From Octopus vulgaris (Eukaryota): DNA of 64,000 nt. This document shows, one piece after another, positions 26,172 to 39,780 of the stretch (positions are counted from its first letter, which is position 1; the number at the start of each line of letters is the position of its first letter). Under the pieces are notes generated by a model, which saw only the letters and a list, made by a program, of their open reading frames with translations, searched no databases and was not told the DNA's origin. A program made the position numbers and the translations under genes. The DNA lies in NCBI GenBank assembly GCA_951406725.2, contig OX597821.1, positions 115,320,001 to 115,384,000 of the forward strand, read 5' to 3'.

Positions 26172-26580
26172 TTCTTTTATTTGTTTCAGTCATTTGACTG
26201 CAGCCATGCTGGAGCACCGCCTTTAGTCGAGCAAATCGACCCTGGGACTTATTCTTTGAAAGCCCAGTACTTATTCTATTGGTCTCTTTTTGCCGAACCG
26301 CTAAGTGACAGGGACGTAAACACACCAGCATCGGTTGTCAAGCAATGCTAGGGTGACAAACACAGACACACAAACACATACACACACATACATATATATA
26401 TATATATACATATATACGACAGGCTTCTTTCAGTTTCCGTCTACCAAATCCACTCACAAGGCATTGGTCGGCCCGGGGCTATAGCAGAAGACACTTGCCC
26501 AAGATGCGACGCAGTGGGACTGAACCCAGAACCATGTGGTTGGTAAACAAGCTACTTACCACACAGCCACTCCTGCGCCT
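26172..26580 (-). mobile_element. SINE family B, well-preserved full-length copy
   Basis: Reverse complement of the 7238-7678 family. Confidence 0.85.
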
Positions 26581-27056
26581 TTGTATTAATGACGTATCAA
26601 AAACTCGTTTATGACATGAATTATTAAATTTAGTTACAATTTTAGTTTCACTGTTCTTCCTAACTTTGTGAAGAAATCACACATTGCATTAAATGGAAGA
26701 ATTCTATAGATTCCAAGATGCCAGAAACATCTGTTTTTTTATAGGATCCAAGTGGCAATATTTCCATAAAAATGAAACTTGTGATGCAGAAAAGAATTAA
26801 AAATTGCATAAATGTTGACTGTTGAACATTGATGTGACTAAAGAAGTCAACCAGTTCCAGTCAAAGCTAAAATGGTAAGCACCATTGTTTCCAATTTGAG
26901 CTCAGCTGTCTCTGCTGTCAAATATTATGAATTTTTATCCAGTAAATAAAGATGGCTAGGGTTTGGAATAACTGGAAAATCACTGAGACAATTAAATGGA
27001 AATTACCAGCTTCTTTGAAGGTGAATTATTATTATTATTATTATTATTATTATGTG

Positions 27057-28340
27057 AGGCAGTGAGCTGGCACAATCGTTAGCATGCCTGGCAAAATGCT
27101 TAGCGGTGTTTCATCTGAGTTCAAATTCTGCTGAGGTTGGCTTTGCCTTTCATCCTTTCGGGATTGATAAATCAAGTACCAGTTGCATACTGGGGTCGAT
27201 CTAATTGACTGGCCCCCTCCCCAAAAATTTCAGGCCTTAGCGGTGTTTCGTTGCATACTGGGGTCGATCTAATTGACTGGCCCCTCCCCCAAAATTTCAG
27301 GTCTTAGCGGTGTTTCGTTGCATACTGGGGTCGATCTAATTGACTGACCCCTCCCCCAAAATTTCAGGTCTTAGCGGTGTTTCGTTGCATACTGGGGTCG
27401 ATCTAATTGACTGGCCCCTCCCCAAAAATTTCAGGTCTTAGTGGTGTTTCGTTGCATACTGGGGTCAATCTAATTGACTCACCCCTCCCCCAAAATTTCA
27501 GGTCTTAGCGGTGTTTTGTTGCATACTGGGGTCAATCTAATTGACTGGTCAAAATTTCAGGCCTTAAGCGGTGTTTCACTGAGTTCAAATTCTGCTGAGG
27601 TTGACTTTTCCTTTCATCCTTTCAAAATTTCAGGACTTAGTGGTGTTTCGTTCTGAGTTCAAATTCTGTTGAGGTTGACTTTTCCTTTCATCCTTTCGGG
27701 ATTGATAAATTAAGTACCAGTTGCATACTGGGGTCGATCTAATTGACTGACCCCTCCCCCAAAATTTCAGGCCTTAGCGGTGTTTCATTCTGAGTTCAAA
27801 TTCTGCTGAGGTTGACTTTTCCTTTCATCCTTTCGGGATTGATAAATTAAGTACCAGTTGCATACTGGGGTCAATCTAATTGACTGGCCCCCTCCTCCCC
27901 AAAAATTTCAGGCCTTAGTGGTGTTTCATTCTGAGTTCAAATTCTGCTGAGGTTGACTTTTCCTTTCATCCTTTCGGGATTGATAAATTAAGTACCAGTT
28001 GCATACTGGGGTCAATCTAATTGACTGGCCCCTCCCCCAAAATTTCAGGCCTTAGTGGTGTTTCATTCTGAGTTCAAATTCTGCTGAGGTTGACTTTGCC
28101 TTTCATCCTTTCGGGATTGATAAATTAAGTACCAGTTGCATACTGGGGTCAATCTAATTGACTGGCTCCTCCCCCAAAATTTCAGGCCTTAGTGGTGTTT
28201 CATTCTGAGTTCAAATTCTGCTGAGGTTGGCTTTGCCTTTCATCCTTTCGGGATTGATAAATTAAGTACCAGTTGCATACTGGGGTCGATCTAACCCTAA
28301 CCCTCCCCCAAAATTTCAGGCCTTCTACTTTTAGAAGAAA
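27057..28340 (+). repeat. SINE family A copy expanded into a two-tier tandem array (67-bp and 137-bp units)
   Basis: GTTGCATACTGGGG recurs at 27182, 27250, 27317, 27384, 27451, 27518 (period 67-68), then at 27720, 27857, 27998, 28135, 28272 (period 137-141). Confidence 0.9.
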
Positions 28341-29799
28341 GAATTATTATCGTGTGGTGGTTTGGCAGAACTGTTAGTGTTAAATGGAACTTGTTGATTG
28401 AGGTAGATTTTTCAATGGTCAGATACCCCACCTGGTACCAATCCACACACACCCATTTCCAATTAAGGTAATATTTTTACACAGCCAGAAATGTTCTCAC
28501 AGAATATTGGAAGCAAACAATACTGCTTATATGACAGTGGCACTCATTTACGATGCTTATGCAATGTCAAGACAAAGAGGCACAAGGGACACAGATGTGG
28601 GCATGCACACACACACACACACACATGTAAATACATACACATGTATGACAAACTTCCACAAGTTTCCATCTACCAAATTCACTCCCAAAGGTTTGGCCAG
28701 TCTGGAGCTCTACTAGAAGCCACTTGTCCAAGGTGCCCTGTAATGGAACTGAACCTGGAACCATGTGGTTGGGAAGTAAACTTCTGGTCACACATCCACC
28801 CCTGCACCTCTGCCATGTATTTTAATAATTGAAGCATATCACTACCAGATATTGGAAATCTATTCTAAAAACTCTTCGCTTTTTTTATTTGATTGTTTAC
28901 ATTTTTGTATTTCTATATTCTCATGTTTATTTATATTTTGGGTTTGAGATTAAAATCTGTGTGTGTATGTGTGTGTGTATTGATAGTATGTGACAAAACA
29001 ACAAGAATACATGTGATGGTGGTGGTGTTGGTAGTGGTACTTGTGATGATGATGATGGTAACCATGGTGATGGTGATGATGATTTTGCAGTTGTAGCGCA
29101 ATATTAATTTTTTTTTATATTTTCATCAATAAACATCGAGAATTTGAAAATTTAATCAGAGTTATTGTATAATAGATTTGTAGTTGAATAATGTTTGATT
29201 TGTGTGTGTGTGTGTGAGAGAGAGTGTGTGCATATGTGTGTGAAGGAGAGAGTATATGTGAGGGAGTGAGAGAGAGAGAGAAAGTGGGAAATTACTTTAG
29301 ATTTCTTACCAAAACTCTGTTGAGGGTGGTCCTGTAACTTTTGTCTTTGTGGCTGGAATTGTTTCTGAGAAACACTCAACAAGTTCTTGGTTAAAGGAAT
29401 TTACAATGCAGATATCTGTCCTGGTGCCACATAAAAAGCACTCAATACACTCTGTAAAGTGGTTGGCATTAGGAAGGGTAAGCCAGCTTTAGGAACCATG
29501 CCAAAAGAGACAATTGAAGCCTGGTGCAGCTCTCCGGCCATGCCAGCTCCTGTCAAACCATTCAGTCGATGGCAACATGGAAAAATGATGACGACGATGG
29601 TGATGATGATGGCGATGTTGATGGTTCTGATTTGTTAAGCTTTGTAATTTGGTGTCATGAAATCCATGAAAGACGTCTTCAGTAATGAAGAACAATTAAT
29701 TAATTACAACATGGCAATTGCTTGTTGAATGTGTTTCTGACATGGATTTATAAAATACAGGAAGGACTCGTTGGTGGCTTACAATTGTTTGGAGAAAAT

Positions 29800-30310
29800 G
29801 GCTTGACCATTCAGCACTTAGATTACTGTCAGCTGATGCACAGCATACAAAATATCCCCTGGAGTGAATGTGTCACCAACCCAGGCGTCCTCGAGAAAGC
29901 CAACACATCAGTATTGAGGCCATTCTCATGAAAACACAGCTGTGCTGAGTGTGGCATCTTTCCAGAATGGTGGACCATTGCTTGGCAAGGATTGTACTCT
30001 ACAGAGAATTGCTTTCTGGCTAGCAAAACAGTGATGTGCCCAGAAATGGTATAAAGACCTGCTAAAAATGACTGAGAGTTTGTAACATTGACCCCACCAC
30101 CACAACAGTGGCACCTCACCATCCAGCAGGCTACCAATGCCTTTCGAGCAAACTGTCATGTCAGCCGGGAGGAGAAGTGAGTGTGGTGGAAGGGTTGTCT
30201 CAGAGAGGATCTGCCAATCCTGGACTAATCACATCAGTCACCAGTTTGCTTGCCTGCCAAGGTGGGCAAAGAGGACCTGTCCTTTTGGAATCTTCATATT
30301 GAAGACATCA
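29800..30310 (+). mobile_element. RTE (BovB-like) LINE 3' fragment
   Basis: Frameshifted IPWSECVTNPGVLEKAN..SIEAILMKTQL..HLSRMVDHCLARIVLYREL..WYKDLLK, matching the RTE ORF C-terminal pattern. Confidence 0.75.
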
Positions 30311-30317
30311 CCAAGAA

Positions 30318-30959
30318 TGACTCTGTGGAATCTAAGGTTTATTATTCACATTGTTTTCAAGTAATCCTGCATTATCTCATAGCTTTTAGATTTCAAGTGG
30401 ATATTCTTTTATTCTTTTACTTGTTTCAGTCATTTGACTGTGTCCATGCTGGAACACTGCCTTTAGTTGACCCCAGGACTTATTCTTTGTAAGCCTAGTA
30501 CTTTTTCTATCGGTCTCTTTTGCTAAACCACTAAGTTATGGGGACATAAACACACCAGTGTCAGTTGTCAAGCGATGTTGGGACAAACACACACACAAAT
30601 GCACATAAATATATATATATATATATTTATGTTATATGATGGGCTTCTGTCACTTTCTGTCTACCAAATCCACTCACAAGGCTTAGGTCGGCCCAAGGCT
30701 ATAGTGAAAGACACTTGCCCAACGTGCCACGCAGTGGGACTGACCCGGGACTTAACAGTGGGACTGTTCCGAGACTGACCTGGGACCATGTGGTTGGTAA
30801 GCAAGCTACTTACCACACAGCTACTCCTGTGCCTGTGATTGTTTATTTTTTTAAATGACATTGTAGGGTAGGTATGAGAGGCTGAATCTGACCTCTTTGC
30901 ACATAAAACATGTAGAATATCTGGACTGGATATGACTAGTTTAAATGCTAAAGGGTTAA
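30318..30959. mobile_element. TTAA-type MITE split by a family B SINE (~30404-30836, minus strand)
   Basis: The two halves join to give the 6364-6586 family sequence. Confidence 0.7.
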
Positions 30960-32296
30960 AAATCACAATTCACTGGTAAAACATTTGGCTGGTTGCGTTG
31001 GCATGTTTGATGTAAATAGAACGAAATCAGGGAAGAGTAAGGAAGTAATATATACACAGTGTATATCGTTAATAGACTCAGTGAAAATGTTTAGAAAAGA
31101 CACAGAGTGTGTATAATGCAAGGACAATAAACCAGTTATTTTTTATAGGTTTGATGAAAAGAAAAAGATGTTTATAGAAATTACCACATATTAAATAAAA
31201 ATATTTCAGTCTTTATAGCTATTAATAAAATAATATAGAAAAAAAAGAAGCATATTTTCTTTCCTTTTCACATTTTGTGCTTTGTTGGGGTTTTTTTTTT
31301 TTTTTTTTTTTCTTTTGCCTCCTTTATTTTTATTTTCTGTGAATGTCGAAACTGTTTGAAATCTGTTGCAGATGTTTTTCAGGAACAAAGTTCCTGTTTT
31401 TGGCTGTCAACATTTCCTCTGTGCTTTTGTTTAAATTCAATGTTCAGATATTTTACTGATTCTCTCTGTTTTCAGAATTTTATGAGTCACTGTTATACTA
31501 AACATTACAATCAACCAATTATTATTATTATTATTATTAACTCACTGCAACTTCTCTTGTTGCATGTTACCTGTCCATCGCAGTAATTAAGTGATTAGCA
31601 CTGCACCCCTTCCCCTCCTCAGCCATACTTAACCTTCAGACTCTGCTTTATTCGTTCTTGTTATTAAACACCATAATTGAATAATCTTTTTTATGATGCC
31701 ATCATCCTCAAAAGAGAAGATTAAGTTTCCACCATTTTAGTGCAAAACACAAAAGTTATCTTTCATCTTTTACTTGTTTCAGTCATAGACTACAGCCATG
31801 CTGGAGCACTGTCTTAAGGGATTTTAGTCAAACGAATCGACCCCAGAACTTTTTTTATTGAGCCTAGTACTTATTCTATCAGCCCTTTTTGTCAAACTGT
31901 AAAATTACGAGGATGTAAACAGACCAACACCAGTAGTGGGGGACAAAGACACACATACAGATATATATGTATATATATATACACAATGGGCTTCTTTCAG
32001 TTTCCATCCACCAAATCTGCTGACAAGGCTTTGGTTGGCTACTCAAGCAGTACTGGCATATATTTATGGCAAGTAAAAGCACCCTTGATGGTGACATGTA
32101 GAAGCACCTGTTACACTTTCAGAGTGGTTGGTGTTAGGAAGGGCATCCAGCCATAAAATTTAAAAAAACATGCCAAATCAGACTGGAGTCTGGTGCAACC
32201 TTCCAGTGCCAGCTCAGTCAAACCAGCCAACCCATACCAGCATGGACAACGGACATTAGATAATGTTGTTGATATATATATACACACACACACATA

Positions 32297-32333
<37 letters not shown>

Positions 32334-32529
32334 AGAGTGGTACCACCATGTCTGATTGAAAGAAAGCTCTCATATATAGAAACATACATCTTTGAGGTAT
32401 TTTATTAATAAATATATACACTCTTCATGAGTATTGAGTTCTTTTGTCATGTTGCTATCTTCCCTTTTTTTTTTTTTTGAGAATTCAAAAATATTATATA
32501 TATATATATATACAGAGAGAGCGAGAGAG

Positions 32530-32870
32530 AATTAGTGTGCATTTGAACACAAAATTAAAAACAAAAACCCTAACAGGACCCTATCAGCTCTTGCTGATGA
32601 GAACTTCGCCTAACAAATTGTTATTCGTTAAAGTTCTAAACCTAGGTCTGGGAGATAAATATTGTAAATGTTTTTATTTTTCATTCCCTTCGAAATTGCT
32701 CTTAACCGTGGTTTGGACTTAGACTGTTCCTTCTAGCGTGTAAGGTGTCCTGTTAGGGTCACCTCTTTTATGTTTAAATGTACACTAATTTTATATGAAA
32801 AATATGTTGTCTATTGACTATTTTATACATGCAAGCCACTGGTAGGAACCCTGTATATTTCATATATATA
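32530..32870. mobile_element. Fold-back element carrying a hammerhead motif
   Basis: Inverted termini aattagtgtgcatttgaaca..accctaacaggac and gtcctgttagggt..tgtttaaatgtacactaatt (32530-32790), plus a 3' extension. Confidence 0.65.
32588..32654 (+). ncRNA. Minimal type-I hammerhead motif with one core mutation
   Basis: ctcttg-CTGATGA-gaactt...aagttc-TAAA (GAAA expected)-perfect palindrome ACCTAGGT-C (GTC triplet)-tgggag. Confidence 0.6.
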
Positions 32871-32938
32871 TATATGTTGATAACGTCCAGATAATTGAAA
32901 CCAAAAAAGACTTAAAGATTCATTTTGTTTTATTTCAG

Positions 32939-33024
32939 GCACGAAGCCCTGCTGAGATGAACTTTAGCCTTGATTCAAGTAAAGCTCAACGGGAACTCAT
33001 TGCACAATTAGAGGCCAAAAATCG
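32939..33024 (+). CDS. Dyb: Dystrobrevin exon, start of coiled coil 1 (ARSPAEMNFSLDSSKAQRELIAQLEAKNR)
   Basis: tttcag| acceptor and |gtaaga donor, phase 0 to 2. Matches vertebrate dystrobrevin [28 protein letters not shown]. Confidence 0.93.
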
Positions 33025-36000
33025 GTAAGACACACAACAGCATTCACTGTTCTTCATTTTATTTTCTTGGTCGAGGTTTCCATACCTCATTCTTTATAAG
33101 ATAACATGATTGGCAAATATATTGATCTTTTATCTGTTACTTGATTTTGTTGTTTGACTGTGGCTGTGCTGAAGAGTTTGTCTTGAAGGGTTTCTGTAGA
33201 ACAAATTGATCCCGGTAATTATTTTTTAAATCTGATACTTTATCAGTATCTTTTGTTGAATGGATAAGTTATAGGGATGTAAACAAACCAATACTGGTTG
33301 CCAAGTGGTGTGGTGGTGGAACACAGACACGCACACACACACGCATATAGTTGTATGTATGCATGTATATATGTAATAACAAAGGGCAAAATTAATTAAT
33401 TAACTAGTAATCAATAATTTCACCAAGTAGAATTCGGCATGAAAAAGGACCATTTCTCGGTAAACTTAAGTAATAATTTATAATTAGGGTTCAGCAAAGA
33501 TTTGCTTTACCACATACCGAAGTTTAGAAATAGTAGCCAAAGAACCGTATATATATATATATATTAGATATATGATAGGCTTCCACACAGTTTCCACCTA
33601 CCAAACTCACTCACAAGGCAGTGGTTGGCCCAGGGCTATAGGAGAAGACAGTTGCACAATGTGCTGTGGTGTGGGACTGAACCTGAATCCATGTGACTGC
33701 AAAGCAAGAGTTTTAACCACACAACCATGTCTGTGTTGGTTATAAACTAATATTTAATTGGTGTAATTAAAACCTCTCAGACATTTAAGATGCAAAAAAA
33801 ATACTTCATTTTGTTACATTGATGTGAAGAGAACTAACTTCATTTGAAAGATAGCTGTGGCAGTATTAACTAATGTTTGTTCATTTGTCTGTTTAATGTC
33901 TATTTTTCCATGGCAGTATGGGTTTGATGGGGAAATATTTGAGGCAGGATTTTTACAACTGAATGCTCTTCTTGTTGCCATCTCCTTTCTCAAAAGGGAA
34001 TTTCTTTTTATTCCATGGGAATTTGAAAGTGCAGAGCTGATGGATGATTTCTTGACAGGAATGTCAATAGATGTCACCGTTTGCAGCCTCAAATAGTGAC
34101 ATCACTGTTTACATCTCAACTAGAAATGATGATATCACCACTTATGGCTCAGATTGTAAACCTTCACAGAAGGGGCTTTTTTTAGTTTTCATCTACCAAA
34201 TACAAGGGTTTGATGGGCCCAGGACTGTAATAGAAGACACTTGCACAAGGTGCCAGTGTAGGATTGAACCTGAAACCACATGGTTGGGAAGCAAACTTCT
34301 TAACCATACAGCCAAGCCTGCACCTATGCCTTTCAGTAAATCCCCAAGACCATAATGGAGTCATGATGTGAAGAAATCGGATGAAAGGCTTTAATATACC
34401 TTGAGGTACTCTTGTGAATTCAGAAGTAAAACAACAAAAATAAACATCTGAATAATAATTAGTAGATTAATTAAAATATTTATGGAATTATTTCTGCTGT
34501 TTGCTTCTTTCTAAAGAAGTTTATATCTACATATAGAATAAAGAACATCAACCTGACATGGAATTAAATAGTTTTCTGGAAATTTAGATTGTTGCAGGAA
34601 TTGATGATGCAAATGTATGTTTGTGTGTGTCCATTTATTTATTTATGTATGTATGTGTGTGTTTATACATTTATGTTTACATGTGTGTGTGTGTGTGTAA
34701 ATTGTGTGTGAGAGTTTCTTTTGCAAGTTACATCAGTCAGAATTTTCTGCAATCAGCAAAAATAAAACACAAAATAAATAAATAAAATGTTATTATTTAT
34801 TTATTTTGTAATTAGAAGCATTCTTATAGATTCCCACATTTTTTGATGTGGCAATTCTGCCGGATTTATGGAGATTCTCTGAATGTTTTCTCAGTTCAAA
34901 TGAAACCTTTATGGTGCTGAGATAAACTACAAAGTAAAAGCACTTTTATTACTTTTCCCATTAACCAGAATATTTGAGTTTGAGTCAGCAGAGAACCACA
35001 TCGATGCCGTTGTATATTGGTGTGTCGTTACTGTAATTAGAGAGTGAAAGATGTGACTTAATTAGTTTTAGAGGGGAACAGTTTTGCTTCGTACATTTTA
35101 TCTATCTGAAGTCACACCTGTCCAGATTGATTAGCCATCAGGTGTCTTATCAAAGGTCAAAGGTTTGTAGCTTGGCATCAGTTTTTGGACTCACCACCAT
35201 CATTATCATTTAACCCCTAATTTTCCATGCATTCATGGATCAGATGGAATTTGCTGTAGCAGTTTTCTATGACTTGTTACCGATGATCATCTGTTTCCGA
35301 GCAACGTAGTATTTCCTCAAGGCCAGGCATGATTTGCACTGGAGACTGGAAATGAACAACCTCACTTGTATGACAGTGATGTTCGTTTACAACCATCATG
35401 TGATGTCAGGTCATGGGTATACAAACGCAAATACATATATATGAACGGCTTGTTGGTACATGGTATTTCATTAAGGCGGCGAGCTGGCAGAGATGTTAGC
35501 ATGCCAGGCGAAATGCTTTGTGGTATTTCGTCCACCTGTGCGTTCTGAGTTCAAATTCCACCGAGGTTGACTTTGCCCTTCATCATTTCGGGGTCGATAA
35601 ATTAAGTAACAGTTATGCACTGGGGTCGATATAATCAACTTAATCCCTTTGTCTGTCCTTGTTTGTCCCCTTGTGGGTAATAAAGAAACAGGTATTTCAT
35701 TATGCAGCTGTAACATCTTTATAAGTCAATGCTGTTCTTCTGTGTTAGCAGTGCTTATTACATTACTCGTTAAGGTTATCCCTACACATATTCTAAAGAC
35801 TATCTACAGGGATAACCTTAACAAATATATCTATATGCGTGTGTGTGTGTATGATGGGTATCTGTACAGATATTCCACAGCAAATTCTACCAAAGGAATT
35901 CGTCAACTGAAGTAATGGTTGAAGGAACGTGCCTAAGGTGCTGCAGTGAGGGGCAAATCTGAAACCACATGACTTCTTAATGTAGTAAAATATGGTGAAT

Positions 36001-36828
36001 TAACATAGTGCTTAGAAAGATGCATAGAATACTTTGTGGTATTTGCTCAGAATGTCTGTCGATTGAGTTTAAATCCCACCGAAATAAACTTTGATTTTCC
36101 TTCTGTGATATTTTGAGAATTACTTTAAGGTGTCATATGTATGTCTGTAGTGAGGATGCATCAACTAGTGGTTAGAATGATGCGGCAGCGATGTGGAGGC
36201 GCAATGGCCCAGTGGTTAGGGCAGCGGACTCGCGGTCGTAAGAATGCAGTTTTGATTCCCAGACTGGCAAAAGACCTAAGCTCCACGATGTCAGTTAGAT
36301 TAGTACCAATATGACCGCAATCATTCCACATCTCTTGTTTATATTTAATTACTGTAGTTATATAACGAGCATTGAGCTGCTAATGTTTTTTAACTCTGGA
36401 AATATGATAGACTGTTGAACAACAGCCCAACACACAAACACTAAGAATCTATTCCCGTTGTAATTCGGTGGATAATCCTGTTTGTTGGCCTAGATTATTT
36501 TTTTCTTCCTCCAACTACAGCAAGCTATGGCAGAGATTTACAAAAAGCAACATAAACAATAAAAAAAAAGCCCTAAAAATTATTGATTTTTAAGGCAATC
36601 ATTAAAAAAAATATGTCCTCATAATATATATTTTCTCCTTGTTATTTTCCCATTATTATTTTTATCTATTTTCCCATTATTCCATAACACCATGAACGGA
36701 AACACACAGAAAATGGATTTCAAAAACACATCAACCTTTTATTACTTCTTTATTTCCATAAAAATTGTGTAAATTTTACTTTCTTTTATTTTCTTCATTT
36801 TATAATTTTATCTATGTTGCTACAACAC

Positions 36829-36867
<39 letters not shown>

Positions 36868-37553
36868 TCTAGGTTTACTTTTCAGGTGTCTCTGTACATT
36901 TTAGTGTCCATTAATTATATTACCATGTTTGAATGGGTTGGCTATGCCAGCTAATTTAGAAATTTGCATAATAGTTATCTCCCCTTTCAAGGCTAGCATG
37001 GGTAAGATAGATATGTAAATTTATATATCATCATCATCATCATTGTTTAGCATCTTTCCCATGCCAGCTTTCCATGCTGGCATGGCTTAGACTGAAATTG
37101 GTAAGCTGCATTAAGTTCCTGTCTGATTTTGCATTGTTTCTATGACCGGATGCCCTTCCTAATGCCAAGAACTCCAAGAGTGTAAGTGGATGCTTTTTAT
37201 GTGCCACTGGTATGGGTCGGCTACAATGATGATTTCGCTTGGCTTGGCAAGTCTTCTCAAGCATGACATATCACTAGTGGTCTCAGTCACTTGTCATCAC
37301 CTCTGTGAGGCCCAGCTTTCAAAAGGTGCTCTTTATGTGACACCACCATTGGCCACAACTACAATTTCGCATATTTAATATAAGTGCTGTTATTGTATAC
37401 ACTTACAGCAGCTCTTATGTGAACTCTCAGTATTTCTCTTCAACTCTTGCAACTTCTCTTCTCTATATTCAATGGACAGTGTGATTGGCACTACCAACCA
37501 ACCAACGAGCCACCCAATATTTTTATCAGTTGTTATTAGAATATATCAACAGT

Positions 37554-38076
37554 ATAACACTTTAGCATTTAAAACAGCCATGTCCAGACAAAATATTCTA
37601 CCTATTTTATGTTCAAACTGACCAGATCAAGCCTCTCACACCTACCCTGCAATGTCAATGTAGAAATAAACAATCATATCATTGCAAACCAAGGCAACAC
37701 CAACGTCCTCTCAATGATTAGCCAGAGATGATTTTTTTTTTAAATGAGAATATCTGAAGTAAACTCAACTGCTCTCACAAACGAATACTAAAAATGAACC
37801 TGACCGCTCTCAAAAATTAAGTAAAAAATAGGGAAAATAATCCAGAATCCTTGTCCAGCATCAGATCAACCCCAAAATCTAATCAGTTCATGCCAGTCAT
37901 GAGGTCAAACATCCCTGAAAGTTTCATCCGAATCCACCCAGTGGTTCTTGAGATATCTTGTCCACGGACAAACAAACAAACAAATGTGACTGAAAACAAT
38001 ACCTCTGCCTCAGCGAAGGTGGAGGTAATAAATAAACATTACATTTGATGGAATAATCTGAATGCTATAGGGTTAA
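37554..38076. mobile_element. TTAA-type MITE interrupted by a non-autonomous Helentron/DINE-like element (~37686-38030)
   Basis: The insert has (ACAA)n near its end and a terminal hairpin tacctctgcct..aggtggaggta. The flanks rejoin to the 7709-7934 family. Confidence 0.6.
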
Positions 38077-38251
38077 GACAAATATCTTTGATCTCCTCTA
38101 CTCAACCAGGGTAGCCTGGGGATAAACAGTAGAAACAACAAAATCTAGTGTTGACCATAATTTTCTAGACTGGAATCAGTGTGAGATATTTGTCAGTTGT
38201 ATTATTTTGGTTTTTTTCTGCTGCTCATTCTGTTGTTGCTTCTGCTTTTAG

Positions 38252-38456
38252 GGAGATTATGCGTGAGATTCAGCGCTTACGCATGGAACAAGAAGCAAAT
38301 GCCAAAAACATGGAAGTTCAGTATGACCCCACATTACTGGCGGAGTTGAGGTTACTGCGGCAACGGAAGGATGAACTTGAGGCTCGGATGCAATCATTGC
38401 AGGAAAGTCGGAAGGAACTGATGGTTCAGCTGGAAGGGTTAATGAAATTATTAAAG
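38252..38456 (+). CDS. Dyb: Dystrobrevin exon, coiled-coil (dystrophin-binding) region
   Basis: [10 protein letters not shown]...[43 protein letters not shown], near-identical to DTNA/DTNB. ttttag| and |gtaaga, phase 2 to 0. Confidence 0.97.
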
Positions 38457-38495
38457 GTAAGAAGTTCATTGGAGACTACTGAATTTCACACATAC

Positions 38496-38700
38496 ACAGG
38501 TGGAAAATAAGGTGGAGACAAAATGGTACTCGACTACCAGAGGTAGAGTAAAATACTATTTTATTGAAACTGAAAAAGATTTCACAAAGTGTTACTCAGA
38601 GTTAGTTGTATTTTATTTCAAATACTCACAACTGTTTGGTTTGGTTACATGAAACTCTGAGTAACAGTTTGGGGGTGTTTTATTCTGCTTCAGTAATGAT
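38496..38700. mobile_element. Second copy of the 10908-11157 fold-back family
   Basis: Reverse-complement similarity to 11086-11150. Retains GAAACTCTGAGTAACAGTTT (38651-38670) and the inverted tgttactcagagtt. Confidence 0.6.
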
Positions 38701-38993
38701 GGCTAATTGTTGTATTTTATATATAAACATTCACATATTTCCCTTCTAAACGCATACAGAGTTGAAACGTTGATTTTTTTTCGCCCCTTCCTTCCTTATT
38801 CATCTATCACCTCTTCCGTTCTTTCATTGCTATTACTTTCTCCCAGTCTGGGCTATTACTCTCACTACTTCTCCTTCACTGAATTACTATTTTTTCTCAT
38901 TCACTGTGTCTGGCATGATTCTGAACAAATATATATATATACAAATATATAAAAACATTATGCTCATTATTATATTAGGAGATATGTTTCACT

Positions 38994-39099
38994 AATTTTT
39001 ACGAGGAAAAAATTGACAGTGACTTCAAAGTTTTCACTTGTTCACCATCATCAGATTGTAACTTTGAAGTTACTGTCAACCCTTTTTTTGTAAAAGTTA
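38994..39099. repeat. Short inverted repeat
   Basis: ttgacagtgacttcaaagtt pairs with aactttgaagttactgtcaa. Confidence 0.8.
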
Positions 39100-39462
39100 A
39101 TATGTACTCTACTAAAATGCACTTCAATGTAATATCACATTATATACAACTTCATATAAAACCTAACATTAACATATTCATATGTATGTGTGTGTATTTT
39201 ATATATGTGTATATCATGTGAGAGCTGACTGCCCTGAGGAAAACATATTGCTCATAAGAAAAATCTCATCAAATACGTGAAACTGTTGAAGCAATGCAAA
39301 AGCCATGGCTTGCAGATGTTACGAACCAATTGAAACATGTTAATAACAAACAAGATGAGAACAAATATCTGTCAAATGTAAATAATGAACTTATAAACAG
39401 TTACCACAGAAACATCATTTATTGTTTGTTTTCTTTTTTTCTTTTCTTTTCTAAATCTTCAG

Positions 39463-39736
39463 AATCACAGTTCCCCGCGTTCCACTCCGAACAGCAGTCC
39501 ACGGTCCCGCGGAGGGGGTCACTCCCCAATAGCGGCCGTGCCGAGTAAAGGCAGCTCCCCCAGCACGCCGATGGATGCTCTCACTGGTCTGGGAATCGGT
39601 GGAGATATCAGGCAGGCTTTCAGCCAGGTCTCCACTGCAGGCTCTCCCAATGTACGGAATTTGCGAAATGATCTTCTAGTAGCAGCGGACTCTGTTACAA
39701 ATGCAATGTCGTCTCTTGTCAAAGAACTGAATTCAG
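39463..39736 (+). CDS. Dyb: Dystrobrevin exon (NHSSPRS...RNLRNDLLVAADSVTNAMSSLVKELNS)
   Basis: Conserved dystrobrevin motif. cttcag| and |gtatta, phase 0 to 1. Confidence 0.96.
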
Positions 39737-39780
39737 GTATTATTGTAATTTAGAAACTATGTGACGGAATGTTCTTTCCA

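Noticed and set aside
258-32938. Upstream dystrobrevin exons (ZZ domain, syntrophin-binding DEEHRLIARY motif)
   Set aside because: Not found by eye. They probably lie upstream of the window.
39231-39345. Two hammerhead-like traces (CTGAGGA...GAAAC and GAAACATGTT)
   Set aside because: Spacing, cleavage triplet and helix I are too degenerate to support a call.
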